A DNA stretch of 64,000 nucleotides, from NCBI RefSeq assembly GCF_003334765.1, contig NZ_QOWT01000002.1; one strand, given 5' to 3'. Within the stretch, counting starts at the first letter, position 1, and every line of letters starts with the position of its first letter. The position numbers and the translations under genes are program-made. Source of the stretch: Escherichia coli (GTDB lineage Bacteria; Pseudomonadota; Gammaproteobacteria; Enterobacterales; Enterobacteriaceae). A model generated the notes under the pieces. That model was not told the origin of the DNA. It was given only the letters and a program-made list of their open reading frames with translations, and ran no database searches. Shown here piece after piece: positions 1 to 11,896 of the stretch.

Positions 1-1388
<1,388 letters not shown>

Positions 1389-1534
1389 CTAACCGCTATC
1401 CCTCTACTGTATCCCGGATTCAAAGGTCGCAAATTATAACACAGCCGCGCAGTTTGAGGTAAACCTATACGCTTTATTCACATCCAATGCCTGATATACT
1501 CGTTTGTCTTGCCAATTACGGAGTAGAAGTGCCA

Positions 1535-2257
1535 ATGAATGCCGAAAAATCGCCGGTAAACCATAACGTAGACCACGAAGAGATCGCTAAATTTGAAGCC
1601 GTCGCCTCCCGCTGGTGGGATCTGGAAGGTGAGTTCAAACCGCTGCACCGCATTAACCCGCTGCGTCTGGGCTATATTGCCGAGCGTGCTGGCGGTTTAT
1701 TTGGCAAAAAGGTGCTCGATGTCGGTTGTGGCGGCGGCATTCTGGCCGAGAGTATGGCGCGCGAAGGCGCGACGGTGACCGGTCTGGATATGGGCTTTGA
1801 GCCATTGCAGGTGGCAAAACTGCACGCACTGGAAAGCGGCATTCAGGTGGATTACGTGCAGGAAACCGTGGAAGAGCACGCGGCAAAACATGCCGGGCAG
1901 TATGATGTGGTGACCTGCATGGAGATGCTGGAGCACGTCCCCGATCCGCAGTCAGTGGTCAGAGCCTGTGCGCAACTGGTGAAACCAGGCGGCGATGTCT
2001 TTTTCTCGACACTTAACCGCAACGGCAAGTCATGGCTGATGGCGGTGGTTGGTGCGGAATATATTTTGCGCATGGTGCCCAAAGGCACGCATGATGTGAA
2101 GAAGTTTATTAAACCGGCAGAATTGCTGGGCTGGGTGGATCAGACCAGTTTAAAAGAGCGGCATATCACTGGGCTGCATTACAACCCGATCACTAATACT
2201 TTTAAACTCGGCCCCGGCGTGGATGTGAACTATATGCTGCACACGCAGAATAAGTGA
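1535..2257 (+). CDS. ubiG: bifunctional 3-demethylubiquinone / 2-polyprenyl-6-hydroxyphenol O-methyltransferase (240 aa)
   Basis: Track ORF 1487..2257; product recognised ([20 protein letters not shown]..., SAM-binding [10 protein letters not shown]). Start set at internal ATG 1535 to give the known 240-aa protein. Confidence 0.93.
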
Positions 2258-2280
2258 GGTTGATGTTTGGCCGCGCCAAT

Positions 2281-2363
<83 letters not shown>

Positions 2364-2384
2364 ACCGTGCCGACTAGACAGTGA

Positions 2385-5300
2385 TTACCATTTCACCGTC
2401 ATCGACAAAAACCCTGCCGTCTGGGCAAAATCATCACTCCCTTTCTGCCACGCCACGCTGCCGCGCAGGGACACTCGCTGACTGATATTGCCCGTGACTC
2501 CCACTTTTATTTCACCCCGTTGCTTCACCGCATCGTCACTGATAGTGCTGCCATCCTCTTCAATTTCCGTCGAATGGGGATCGTGATAATAATTCAGATC
2601 TAATGTTGGTATGACATGAACAGCGGTACGCCATTCGCTGTGTAAACCCAGCCGCGTCTGAATATCATCACCCTGCGATTGTGACACGCGCGCACGGTTA
2701 GCGGCGGTAAAATCATCCTGCTGCACGCCCTGATAAATCACCTGCGCCTGCGGTTCAATCACCACACCACGCCCCGGTAACCACTGATACCCCGCCTCCA
2801 GCGAGGCGATAATCCCCGACGAGTGGTAATGATCTGTGCCATCTTCTTGTTCGGAAACATCATTGCTAAACCACGCGTATTGCAGCCAGCTATCCAGCCA
2901 GGCCCCTTGCTTCTGATTACCGTGCTGAAACCAGCTTGATGTCAGCCCAACGGCATAACCGTGGTTCTGGTTATCGGCGCGAGTTCCGGTCATATTCGAG
3001 CGGCTGTCGCCCTGGTTATCGCTGTAGCCACCAACAATCCCAAGCATCCACTCGCCATCCGTGCCCCAGCGCCCGCTAAACAGATCGCCGCTAAGTTGCA
3101 CCGTAGAAGTGTCTTCATGTTGAGCCAGTTGCCCCGCTGCTGTGTAATGATAATCTCCGCCGATAACACGTAAATTCAGCGTCTGACCATCGCCACCTGC
3201 GTGATCGCGTCGCTCCATCATAAACGCCTGATTTGCCGCCCGCAGGTTATTGAGATAACCGCCAACTTTGGCATTCAACACCGGCTGGTAAGCAGGCGTA
3301 GGTTCCGGGTCGGGTGTTGGATCAGGATCCGGCGTGGGATCGGGAGTCGGGTCTGGATCAGGTGGCGATGGCGGCGTTACTTCTTGCGATCGCAGATACC
3401 AGTCGTTGTTATCTTCCACCAGCGTGTAGTCATACGCTCCCATATTGACGTAGCCGCTGCCTGCCAGACTGAACTGCGCATTGTTTTGAAACTGCGTGGG
3501 ATCAGCTGCGAAATCAACCACTTTAATGCCTGTCGATGTCGGCTCACCAATCCCTGTAATGGAGTTAACCACCACAGTTGTGTTGCCAGCAGTATTACCG
3601 TTCATCACCAATTGATCGCTTACCGAGTCATCGCCGTTTAATTCGCTATCGAGCAGTAGCGTACCGCCGCCGGTATAATCACCGTTTACCGTCAGCGTAT
3701 CGCCAGCGACGCCATTTTGCAGGCTAACCGCACCGGACGTATTGGTCAGATTGCCATTAACCGTCACGTTGGAAAGATAAGTCAGGCTGTCAGTTTCAAG
3801 GTTGGTATTAAGCTCACCTGTCAACGTCACACCATCGGTGGCATTCACCAGCGTCCCATCGCCGTTAAATAGTGAGGCATTAAGGGCGACGGAAGTATCC
3901 TGCCCGGTCAGGCGCAAAACCGTACCATCGCTGATGTCGATAGTGCCGCTGGAAATAGCATCAATTGACTGAATATCCTGATCCGCGCCAGTAACGAACG
4001 TTGCCCCATCACCAACCCACAGTGACGAAGCATAAGGAAGGATATCAGCAACATCACCTTTCAGGGTGCCTTCTTCGACACGTACCGCCGACTGCGTTGT
4101 ACCGCTGGCGGTCAGCTCCAGTGTACCAGCCCCCGTTTTAGTCAATGTGCTACCCTCATCCTGATGCTGCCCGCTGCTGTCAGCCATCAGTGCGCCCCAC
4201 TGCGTGTCTACCCCCGCATCAACTGCCACTTCACCGTCGGCGCGCATTTCAATATCACGTCCGTGGCCTGCCGCATCTGAACGCGTGTCAACGTCGGAGG
4301 TAATCTCCATCACGCTTTCTTGTTGCTTATCGGTAAAGATAACCTGGCGGTTATAGTGGGTATCTCCAAGCTGCGAGTTGTCGCTCACCATCAGCGTACC
4401 GGAGGCGATTTGTGTTGTGCCCAAATAACTATTATTGTTTGCCAGACTTACCTGCCCGTCGCTCGCATCGACCACCACGTAGACGCCATCTTTCCCGTCG
4501 CCGCCGATATGCAAATTGTCGCCACCTGCAAGATCTACCACATCCTGACTGCCGATAACCGTTCCGCTGCTGCCACTGACTTCAAGGCCATCGTTGTATG
4601 ATGTGCCGCTCTGCCAGGTGGAGAAATCAGAGAGATCGAGCACACCGCCGTTTAACACGATCGACTGCGGATCGTCCTGGAGAGCGGTAAGATCTGCCGC
4701 GTCGCCTTCCAGCGAAAGCACCGCACCATCATCAACGACTATATCGCCGGTTAGCGCCATCGACTGCGCCCCTGCCAGCACGTAGCTGCCGTTTTGCGCA
4801 ATGGTGAGCTGACCAGCACCTTCGATGATGCCAGCAAAACTGCCCTGATTAACAGTAACGTTGCCACCAGCATCGATATTTAAAGTGCCATTCTGAAAGC
4901 CCGTCAATGCGTGCACAAAAGTTTGTTGGGTCGAGCCAACGTTTAGCTCAGCCTGATTCTGATACTGATCAATACTCCCTATCGTCAGACCGTAGCAGTC
5001 TTGCGGATCGTCCTGGCAATGCGTATCGCCGACATTCATCAGGGAGTTGCTGCGGCCCAGGGTAACTTCACCGTTTTCAATCTGCATCTCACCAGTAAAG
5101 TCATTGTTATCTGCATTAAGTACCAGATCGCCGGAACCTGTTTTGGTGATTAACCCGGTACCAGCAATAGAGTCAACAGCTCCGTCATTCTCTGTATTGC
5201 CAATAACCAGCGTTTTTCCGTCGGCAATATCAAAGGTAACTTCACTTAAGCCGAGATACATAAAGCCACCCGCCGCAGAGGAAGGACCATCTCCATAGCC

Positions 5301-6131
5301 TGCTGCGCTATTGTTCTCATCGACTAACACGCCTCCGTTCTGGCTGTAGCTGTCATCAACAGAAATATCAATAAGATAGGGAGCCGTCACGCTATTGGTA
5401 TATATCGCCCCGCCATAACCTTCGGCAGTGTTATTTGTAAAGGCAGTGTTATTTACTATCGTATAACCTGAAGGATGCTTGCTGTCGCTATTATTATCGG
5501 TAACATCGATTGCCCCGCCATCGCCATCACTGTAACTTGTTGATGTATATGCCTGGTTGTTATCAAAAATAACATCACTTAAATAAACGTCATTATTAAT
5601 GGTATAAATTGCGCCACCTTTGCCATCATTAGCGATGTTATTGCGAAACATGGCGTTAGTGACACGTAAATCGACGGCACCAGTATCGTTAGTACCAGAA
5701 GAATAGATTGCGCCACCATAGCCGCCTGCGACGTTACCGGAAAAAATAACATCAGTAAGATTCAGCGTTGAGTTTTCTTTAGCAAATATGGCCCCGCCGT
5801 TATTATATTCTCCTGTAACGGTGTTATTGGCAAACAGAGTCATTCCAGTTTCATTTTCTGGTAATAGTGAAAATTCCGCTCCTTGTTGCAAAAATACGGC
5901 CCCACCGCTGGCGTTATTGGTCATATCCGAAAAAACCAGCCATTGCCCATCAGCGATACTCCAGTCCTGCGTAATGCCTGAAAGGCTTTGCCTGCTGGCC
6001 TGACAACTCGCTTTGACATCATATCCCTGGCATGAATCAGTGACCGCCGCGACACCGTTAGCAGAGAAAAGAGATGCAATCATTGACGGGAGTAAAGATA
6101 AATACTCCTTGCGTAGAAAGATAATCCGCAT
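2385..6131 (-). CDS. yfaL: AIDA-I-type autotransporter adhesin (1248 aa in this window)
   Basis: Track ORF 2385..6131; signal peptide, long G/N/T-rich beta-helical passenger with repeated GGAIY motifs, Pro-rich PDPTPDP linker, C-terminal beta-barrel ending in W. Confidence 0.92.
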   Translation of the reverse strand: MRIIFLRKEYLSLLPSMIASLFSANGVAAVTDSCQGYDVKASCQASRQSLSGITQDWSIADGQWLVFSDMTNNASGGAVFLQQGAEFSLLPENETGMTLFANNTVTGEYNNGGAIFAKENSTLNLTDVIFSGNVAGGYGGAIYSSGTNDTGAVDLRVTNAMFRNNIANDGKGGAIYTINNDVYLSDVIFDNNQAYTSTSYSDGDGGAIDVTDNNSDSKHPSGYTIVNNTAFTNNTAEGYGGAIYTNSVTAPYLIDISVDDSYSQNGGVLVDENNSAAGYGDGPSSAAGGFMYLGLSEVTFDIADGKTLVIGNTENDGAVDSIAGTGLITKTGSGDLVLNADNNDFTGEMQIENGEVTLGRSNSLMNVGDTHCQDDPQDCYGLTIGSIDQYQNQAELNVGSTQQTFVHALTGFQNGTLNIDAGGNVTVNQGSFAGIIEGAGQLTIAQNGSYVLAGAQSMALTGDIVVDDGAVLSLEGDAADLTALQDDPQSIVLNGGVLDLSDFSTWQSGTSYNDGLEVSGSSGTVIGSQDVVDLAGGDNLHIGGDGKDGVYVVVDASDGQVSLANNNSYLGTTQIASGTLMVSDNSQLGDTHYNRQVIFTDKQQESVMEITSDVDTRSDAAGHGRDIEMRADGEVAVDAGVDTQWGALMADSSGQHQDEGSTLTKTGAGTLELTASGTTQSAVRVEEGTLKGDVADILPYASSLWVGDGATFVTGADQDIQSIDAISSGTIDISDGTVLRLTGQDTSVALNASLFNGDGTLVNATDGVTLTGELNTNLETDSLTYLSNVTVNGNLTNTSGAVSLQNGVAGDTLTVNGDYTGGGTLLLDSELNGDDSVSDQLVMNGNTAGNTTVVVNSITGIGEPTSTGIKVVDFAADPTQFQNNAQFSLAGSGYVNMGAYDYTLVEDNNDWYLRSQEVTPPSPPDPDPTPDPTPDPDPTPDPEPTPAYQPVLNAKVGGYLNNLRAANQAFMMERRDHAGGDGQTLNLRVIGGDYHYTAAGQLAQHEDTSTVQLSGDLFSGRWGTDGEWMLGIVGGYSDNQGDSRSNMTGTRADNQNHGYAVGLTSSWFQHGNQKQGAWLDSWLQYAWFSNDVSEQEDGTDHYHSSGIIASLEAGYQWLPGRGVVIEPQAQVIYQGVQQDDFTAANRARVSQSQGDDIQTRLGLHSEWRTAVHVIPTLDLNYYHDPHSTEIEEDGSTISDDAVKQRGEIKVGVTGNISQRVSLRGSVAWQKGSDDFAQTAGFLSMTVKW
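3296..3372 (-). repeat. in-frame Pro-Asp/Thr microsatellite-like repeat inside yfaL (encodes PPSPPDPDPTPDPTPDPDPTPDPEPTP)
   Basis: Plus strand shows iterated ggatc(a/g)gg / gggtc(g/t)gg units; translated linker between passenger and barrel. Confidence 0.75.
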
Positions 6132-6664
6132 ATTAATCTAACCATCATTTTCTATAAGACGGCGTATTTAATCGCATTATACGATATGGAATATCTTTCT
6201 TTTGTAAATTGTTCAACCCGGTGCAATGGCTATTTTGTTATTATTTGATGAATAATATCAGTGCGTCATAATTCAAGTTAATAACCTTCAGGGATATCAG
6301 TTATATTTAAACTAAATTAAAGTCATGAATAATTTTCTTATAATATAAGGTAAATTAACAAAATGGCTTAGCATTTAACAATAACCGAATAGAAAACAAC
6401 CATTTCGCCATCAACAATCTCTTACATTCGCTTATATATTGACCACAACTGATACATCAGATTATGTGATGACTCGTGCTTAGATCAATTTTTGCAATCA
6501 TTAGCAAAAAGATTAATAAACCATCTATATCAATTTATCTAACCTATTATGCCGTTCAAGAAATCGCCGAACAGTTATTTTTAACAAATTTTTCTCTTCC
6601 CATTGACTTTCCCGGACACCTTGTCTGACCTAAGGTGCGCGAAAGCCACTTTTTCCTTCCTGAG

Positions 6665-6673
6665 TTATCCACA
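6665..6673. promoter_or_regulatory. DnaA box (perfect TTATCCACA) upstream of nrdA
   Basis: Exact 9-mer ttatccaca at 6665..6673, about 160 bp upstream of the nrdA ATG; the nrdAB promoter is known to be DnaA-regulated. Confidence 0.7.
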
Positions 6674-6702
6674 AAGTTATGCACTTGCAAGAGGGTCATT
6701 TT

Positions 6703-6750
6703 CACACTATCTTGCAGTGAATCCCAAACATACCCCCTATATATAGTGTT
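6703..6750 (+). promoter_or_regulatory. two NrdR-box-like palindromes in the nrdA promoter
   Basis: cacactatcttgcagtg (6703..6719) and ccctatatatagtgtt (6735..6750) resemble the NrdR box (acaCwAtATaTwGtgt) and are about three helical turns apart. Confidence 0.6.
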
Positions 6751-6826
6751 CTAAGCAGCTTCCCGTACTACAGGTAGTCTGCATGAAACTATTGCGGAAA
6801 GAATTCCAAAAACAGGTACGACATAC

Positions 6827-9112
6827 ATGAATCAGAATCTGCTGGTGACAAAGCGCGACGGTAGCACAGAGCGCATCAATCTCGACAAAATCCATCGCGT
6901 TCTGGATTGGGCGGCAGAAGGACTGCATAACGTTTCGATTTCCCAGGTCGAGCTGCGCTCCCACATTCAGTTTTATGACGGTATCAAGACCTCTGACATC
7001 CACGAAACCATTATCAAGGCTGCCGCAGACCTGATCTCCCGTGATGCGCCGGATTATCAGTATCTCGCCGCGCGCCTGGCGATCTTCCACCTGCGTAAAA
7101 AAGCCTACGGCCAGTTTGAGCCGCCTGCGCTGTACGACCACGTGGTGAAAATGGTCGAGATGGGCAAATACGATAATCATCTGCTGGAAGACTACACGGA
7201 AGAAGAGTTCAAGCAGATGGACACCTTTATCGATCACGACCGTGATATGACCTTCTCTTATGCTGCCGTTAAGCAGCTGGAAGGCAAATATCTGGTACAG
7301 AACCGCGTGACCGGCGAAATCTATGAGAGCGCCCAGTTCCTTTATATTCTAGTTGCCGCGTGCTTGTTCTCGAACTACCCGCGTGAAACGCGCCTGCAAT
7401 ATGTGAAGCGTTTTTACGACGCGGTTTCCACATTTAAAATTTCGCTGCCGACGCCAATCATGTCCGGCGTGCGTACCCCGACTCGTCAGTTCAGCTCCTG
7501 CGTACTGATCGAGTGCGGTGACAGCCTGGATTCCATCAACGCCACCTCCAGCGCGATTGTTAAATACGTTTCCCAGCGTGCCGGGATCGGCATCAACGCC
7601 GGGCGTATTCGTGCGCTGGGTAGCCCGATTCGCGGTGGTGAAGCGTTCCATACCGGCTGCATTCCGTTCTACAAACATTTCCAGACAGCGGTGAAATCCT
7701 GCTCTCAGGGCGGTGTGCGCGGCGGTGCGGCAACGCTGTTCTACCCGATGTGGCATCTGGAAGTGGAAAGCCTGCTGGTGTTGAAAAACAACCGTGGTGT
7801 GGAAGGCAACCGCGTGCGTCATATGGACTACGGGGTACAAATCAACAAACTGATGTATACCCGTCTGCTGAAAGGTGAAGATATCACCCTGTTCAGCCCG
7901 TCCGACGTACCGGGGCTGTACGACGCGTTCTTCGCCGATCAGGAAGAGTTTGAACGTCTGTATACCAAATATGAGAAAGACGACAGCATCCGCAAGCAGC
8001 GTGTGAAAGCCGTTGAGCTGTTCTCGCTGATGATGCAGGAACGTGCGTCTACCGGTCGTATCTATATTCAGAACGTTGACCACTGCAATACCCATAGCCC
8101 GTTTGATCCGGCCATCGCGCCAGTGCGTCAGTCTAACCTGTGCCTGGAGATAGCCCTGCCGACCAAACCGCTGAACGACGTCAACGACGAGAACGGTGAA
8201 ATCGCGCTGTGTACGCTGTCTGCTTTCAACCTGGGCGCAATTAATAACCTGGATGAACTGGAAGAGCTGGCAATTCTGGCGGTTCGTGCACTTGACGCGC
8301 TGCTGGATTATCAGGATTACCCGATCCCGGCCGCCAAACGTGGAGCGATGGGTCGTCGTACGCTGGGTATTGGTGTGATCAACTTCGCTTACTACCTGGC
8401 GAAGCACGGTAAACGCTACTCCGACGGCAGCGCCAACAACCTGACGCATAAAACCTTCGAAGCCATTCAGTATTACCTGCTGAAAGCCTCTAATGAGCTG
8501 GCGAAAGAGCAAGGCGCGTGCCCGTGGTTTAACGAAACCACTTACGCGAAAGGGATCCTGCCGATCGATACCTATAAGAAAGATCTGGATACCATCGCTA
8601 ATGAGCCGCTGCATTACGACTGGGAAGCTCTGCGTGAGTCAATCAAAACGCACGGTCTGCGTAACTCCACGCTTTCTGCTCTGATGCCGTCCGAGACTTC
8701 TTCGCAGATCTCTAACGCCACTAACGGTATTGAACCGCCGCGCGGTTACGTCAGCATCAAAGCGTCGAAAGACGGTATTTTGCGCCAGGTGGTGCCGGAC
8801 TACGAGCACCTGCACGACGCCTATGAGCTGCTGTGGGAAATGCCGGGTAACGATGGTTATCTGCAACTGGTGGGTATCATGCAGAAATTTATCGATCAGT
8901 CGATCTCTGCCAACACCAACTACGATCCGTCACGCTTCCCGTCAGGAAAAGTGCCGATGCAGCAGTTGCTGAAAGACCTGCTCACCGCCTACAAATTCGG
9001 GGTCAAAACACTGTATTATCAGAACACCCGTGACGGCGCTGAAGACGCACAAGACGATCTGGTGCCGTCAATCCAGGACGATGGCTGCGAAAGCGGCGCA
9101 TGTAAGATCTGA
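6827..9112 (+). CDS. nrdA: class Ia ribonucleoside-diphosphate reductase alpha subunit (761 aa)
   Basis: Track ORF 6827..9112; [33 protein letters not shown]... with ATP-cone N-terminus and catalytic-site cysteines; full-length match to NrdA. Confidence 0.97.
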
Positions 9113-9120
9113 TATTGAGA

Positions 9121-9323
<203 letters not shown>

Positions 9324-9345
9324 AAACTCCCAACAGGACACACTC

Positions 9346-10476
9346 ATGGCATATACCACCTTTTCACAGACGAAAAATGATCAGCTCAAAGAACCGATGT
9401 TCTTTGGTCAGCCGGTCAACGTGGCTCGCTACGATCAGCAAAAATATGACATCTTCGAAAAGCTGATCGAAAAGCAGCTCTCTTTCTTCTGGCGTCCGGA
9501 AGAAGTTGACGTCTCCCGCGACCGTATAGATTACCAGGCGCTGCCGGAGCACGAAAAACACATCTTTATCAGCAACCTGAAATATCAGACGCTGCTGGAT
9601 TCCATTCAGGGTCGTAGCCCGAACGTGGCGCTATTGCCGCTTATTTCTATTCCGGAACTGGAAACCTGGGTCGAAACCTGGGCGTTCTCAGAAACGATTC
9701 ATTCCCGTTCCTATACTCATATCATTCGTAATATCGTTAACGATCCGTCTGTTGTGTTTGACGATATCGTCACCAACGAGCAGATCCAGAAACGTGCGGA
9801 AGGGATCTCCAGCTATTACGATGAGCTGATCGAAATGACCAGCTACTGGCATCTGCTGGGCGAAGGTACCCACACCGTTAACGGTAAAACTGTGACCGTT
9901 AGCCTGCGCGAGCTGAAGAAAAAACTGTATCTCTGCCTGATGAGCGTTAACGCGCTGGAAGCGATTCGTTTCTACGTCAGCTTTGCTTGTTCCTTCGCAT
10001 TTGCAGAACGCGAATTGATGGAAGGCAACGCCAAAATTATTCGCCTGATTGCCCGCGACGAAGCCCTGCACCTGACCGGCACCCAGCATATGCTGAATCT
10101 GCTGCGCAGCGGCGCGGACGATCCTGAGATGGCGGAAATTGCCGAAGAGTGTAAGCAGGAGTGCTATGACCTGTTTGTTCAGGCAGCTCAACAGGAGAAA
10201 GACTGGGCGGATTATCTGTTCCGCGACGGTTCGATGATTGGTCTGAATAAAGACATTCTCTGCCAGTACGTTGAATACATCACCAATATCCGTATGCAGG
10301 CAGTCGGTTTGGATCTGCCGTTCCAGACGCGCTCCAACCCGATCCCGTGGATCAACACTTGGCTGGTGTCTGATAACGTGCAGGTTGCTCCGCAGGAAGT
10401 GGAAGTCAGTTCTTATCTGGTCGGGCAGATTGACTCGGAAGTGGACACCGACGATTTGAGTAACTTCCAGCTCTGA
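9346..10476 (+). CDS. nrdB: class Ia ribonucleoside-diphosphate reductase beta subunit (376 aa)
   Basis: [56 protein letters not shown]...; ATG at 9346. The track ORF 9115..10476 is extended upstream across the REP repeats by read-through translation. Confidence 0.96.
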
Positions 10477-10730
10477 TGGCCCGCGTTACCCTGCGCATCA
10501 CTGGCACACAACTGCTGTGCCAGGATGAACACCCTTCCCTTCTGGCGGCGCTGGAATCCCACAATGTGGCGGTTGAGTACCAGTGTCGCGAAGGTTACTG
10601 CGGCTCCTGTCGCACACGCCTGGTTGCAGGTCAAGTTGACTGGATTGCCGAACCGTTAGCCTTTATTCAGCCGGGGGAAATTTTGCCCTGTTGTTGCCGG
10701 GCAAAAGGCGATATTGAAATCGAGATGTGA
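10476..10730 (+). CDS. yfaE: 2Fe-2S ferredoxin-like protein (84 aa), NrdB cofactor maintenance
   Basis: Track ORF 10476..10730; CxxxxCxxC...C cysteine pattern (CREGYCGSCRT ... CCC); start overlaps nrdB stop by 1 nt. Confidence 0.9.
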   Translation: MARVTLRITGTQLLCQDEHPSLLAALESHNVAVEYQCREGYCGSCRTRLVAGQVDWIAEPLAFIQPGEILPCCCRAKGDIEIEM

Positions 10731-10737
10731 ATTGGTT

Positions 10738-10780
10738 GTAGTGCCAGATACAACGCTTATGCGTCTTATCTGGCCTACAA
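10738..10780. repeat. REP palindromic unit
   Basis: gtagtgccagatacaacgcttatgcgtcttatctggcctacaa between convergent yfaE and inaA. Confidence 0.7.
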
Positions 10781-10783
10781 CGA

Positions 10784-11434
10784 TTACATGGCGTAGTAAT
10801 ACGCTTTCACCTGCTCCCAGTCCGCTTTGGGGATTGGCTCCAGATATTTTTCCAGCTGGCGGAAGTCATGATTAATCGCTTTATCGCGACGCAAGCGGCG
10901 ACGACTTTTCTCCAGGTCAAGAAAACCAGCTTCTGCATTACCTTCTGTTTTCACATAGATATGGCGAACATAACAACAGCCATGCTGACGATTAATGCTA
11001 TGCATTTTCTTAAACGCCAGCGCCACTGCTTTCAACATGGCTTGCCGTACTTCGTCAGAATAAGGCGATACTGCATGCTGGGCATACCAGTCAGCAATGC
11101 TGATGAACCCCGCCATATCTTCAGTCACCAGCAACGCTCGCCATTCACCCTCAATTTTCACCGCTTCACCAAAAACGATCTTCGGCACGATGACACCGGC
11201 CCGTTCCAGTTCTTTAATTACCGCAACCTCACGGACAATCGTTGGTCGGCCGAACGGATAACGTACGGAATGAAACAGATGATGCGTCATGCGCTTTACA
11301 TACAGCTTTTTGCCGTTGCGCTCGACGCATTGCACCCCGCTCATACCATTACGGCGATAGTTAGGCTCTTCAACCCAGTCGCCCTCTGTTGCCCACCAGT
11401 GATTAAATTCGTCGTACTTTGCTGAAACTGCCAT
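10784..11434 (-). CDS. inaA: acid-inducible Kdo/WaaP-family kinase-like protein (216 aa)
   Basis: Track ORF 10784..11434; MAVSAKYDEFNHWWATEGDWVEEPNYRRNGMSGVQ... matches InaA. Confidence 0.9.
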   Translation of the reverse strand: MAVSAKYDEFNHWWATEGDWVEEPNYRRNGMSGVQCVERNGKKLYVKRMTHHLFHSVRYPFGRPTIVREVAVIKELERAGVIVPKIVFGEAVKIEGEWRALLVTEDMAGFISIADWYAQHAVSPYSDEVRQAMLKAVALAFKKMHSINRQHGCCYVRHIYVKTEGNAEAGFLDLEKSRRRLRRDKAINHDFRQLEKYLEPIPKADWEQVKAYYYAM

Positions 11435-11648
11435 ACCCTATCGCCTGTCATTTTTATTAACGACAATGACTATAGGTGGTTACCTGAGGAAAATCTTAAT
11501 GAAACGTGTCGTATTAATGAATTTCTTTTGCCACTACTAGCTTGACACCGCTTTTACCCTTCATTTGCAGCGCATAGATTCCACCAGCCACTACCACTAA
11601 TAGTGCGCCCAGCAGATAAAATGTGAATTTAATCAGGCGGATACAGCG

Positions 11649-11855
11649 ATGAATTTTATTCGACAGGGATTAGGCATCGCCTTACAACCAGAGTTAACGC
11701 TGAAAAGCATTGCAGGTGAATTGTGTTCCGTTCCTCTCGAACCAACTTTCTATCGACAGATTTCGTTGCTGGCTAAAGAAAAGCCGGTAGAAGGCAGTCC
11801 ACTGTTTTTACTACAAATGTGCATGGAACAATTAGTGGCGATTGGAAAAATTTGA
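11649..11855 (+). pseudogene. yfaH: LysR-family regulator C-terminal remnant (68 codons)
   Basis: Track ORF 11649..11855 encodes only a LysR substrate-binding-domain C-terminal fragment (..IALQPELTLKSIAGELCSVPLEP..) with no HTH domain upstream; position between inaA and glpQ matches the K-12 yfaH remnant. Confidence 0.55.
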
Positions 11856-11863
11856 TATGAGAC

Positions 11864-11887
11864 AGGATGGCGCATGAACGCCATCCT
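11864..11887 (-). terminator. hairpin downstream of glpQ (putative glpTQ terminator)
   Basis: Perfect inverted repeat aggatggcg-catgaa-cgccatcct 10 bp past the glpQ stop; no strong T-run, so confidence is moderate. Confidence 0.45.
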
Positions 11888-11896
11888 GCAGTAACA

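Noticed and set aside
7349-8614. 421-aa minus-strand ORF
   Set aside because: Lies entirely antisense within nrdA; Arg/Val/Gln-rich composition typical of a shadow frame.
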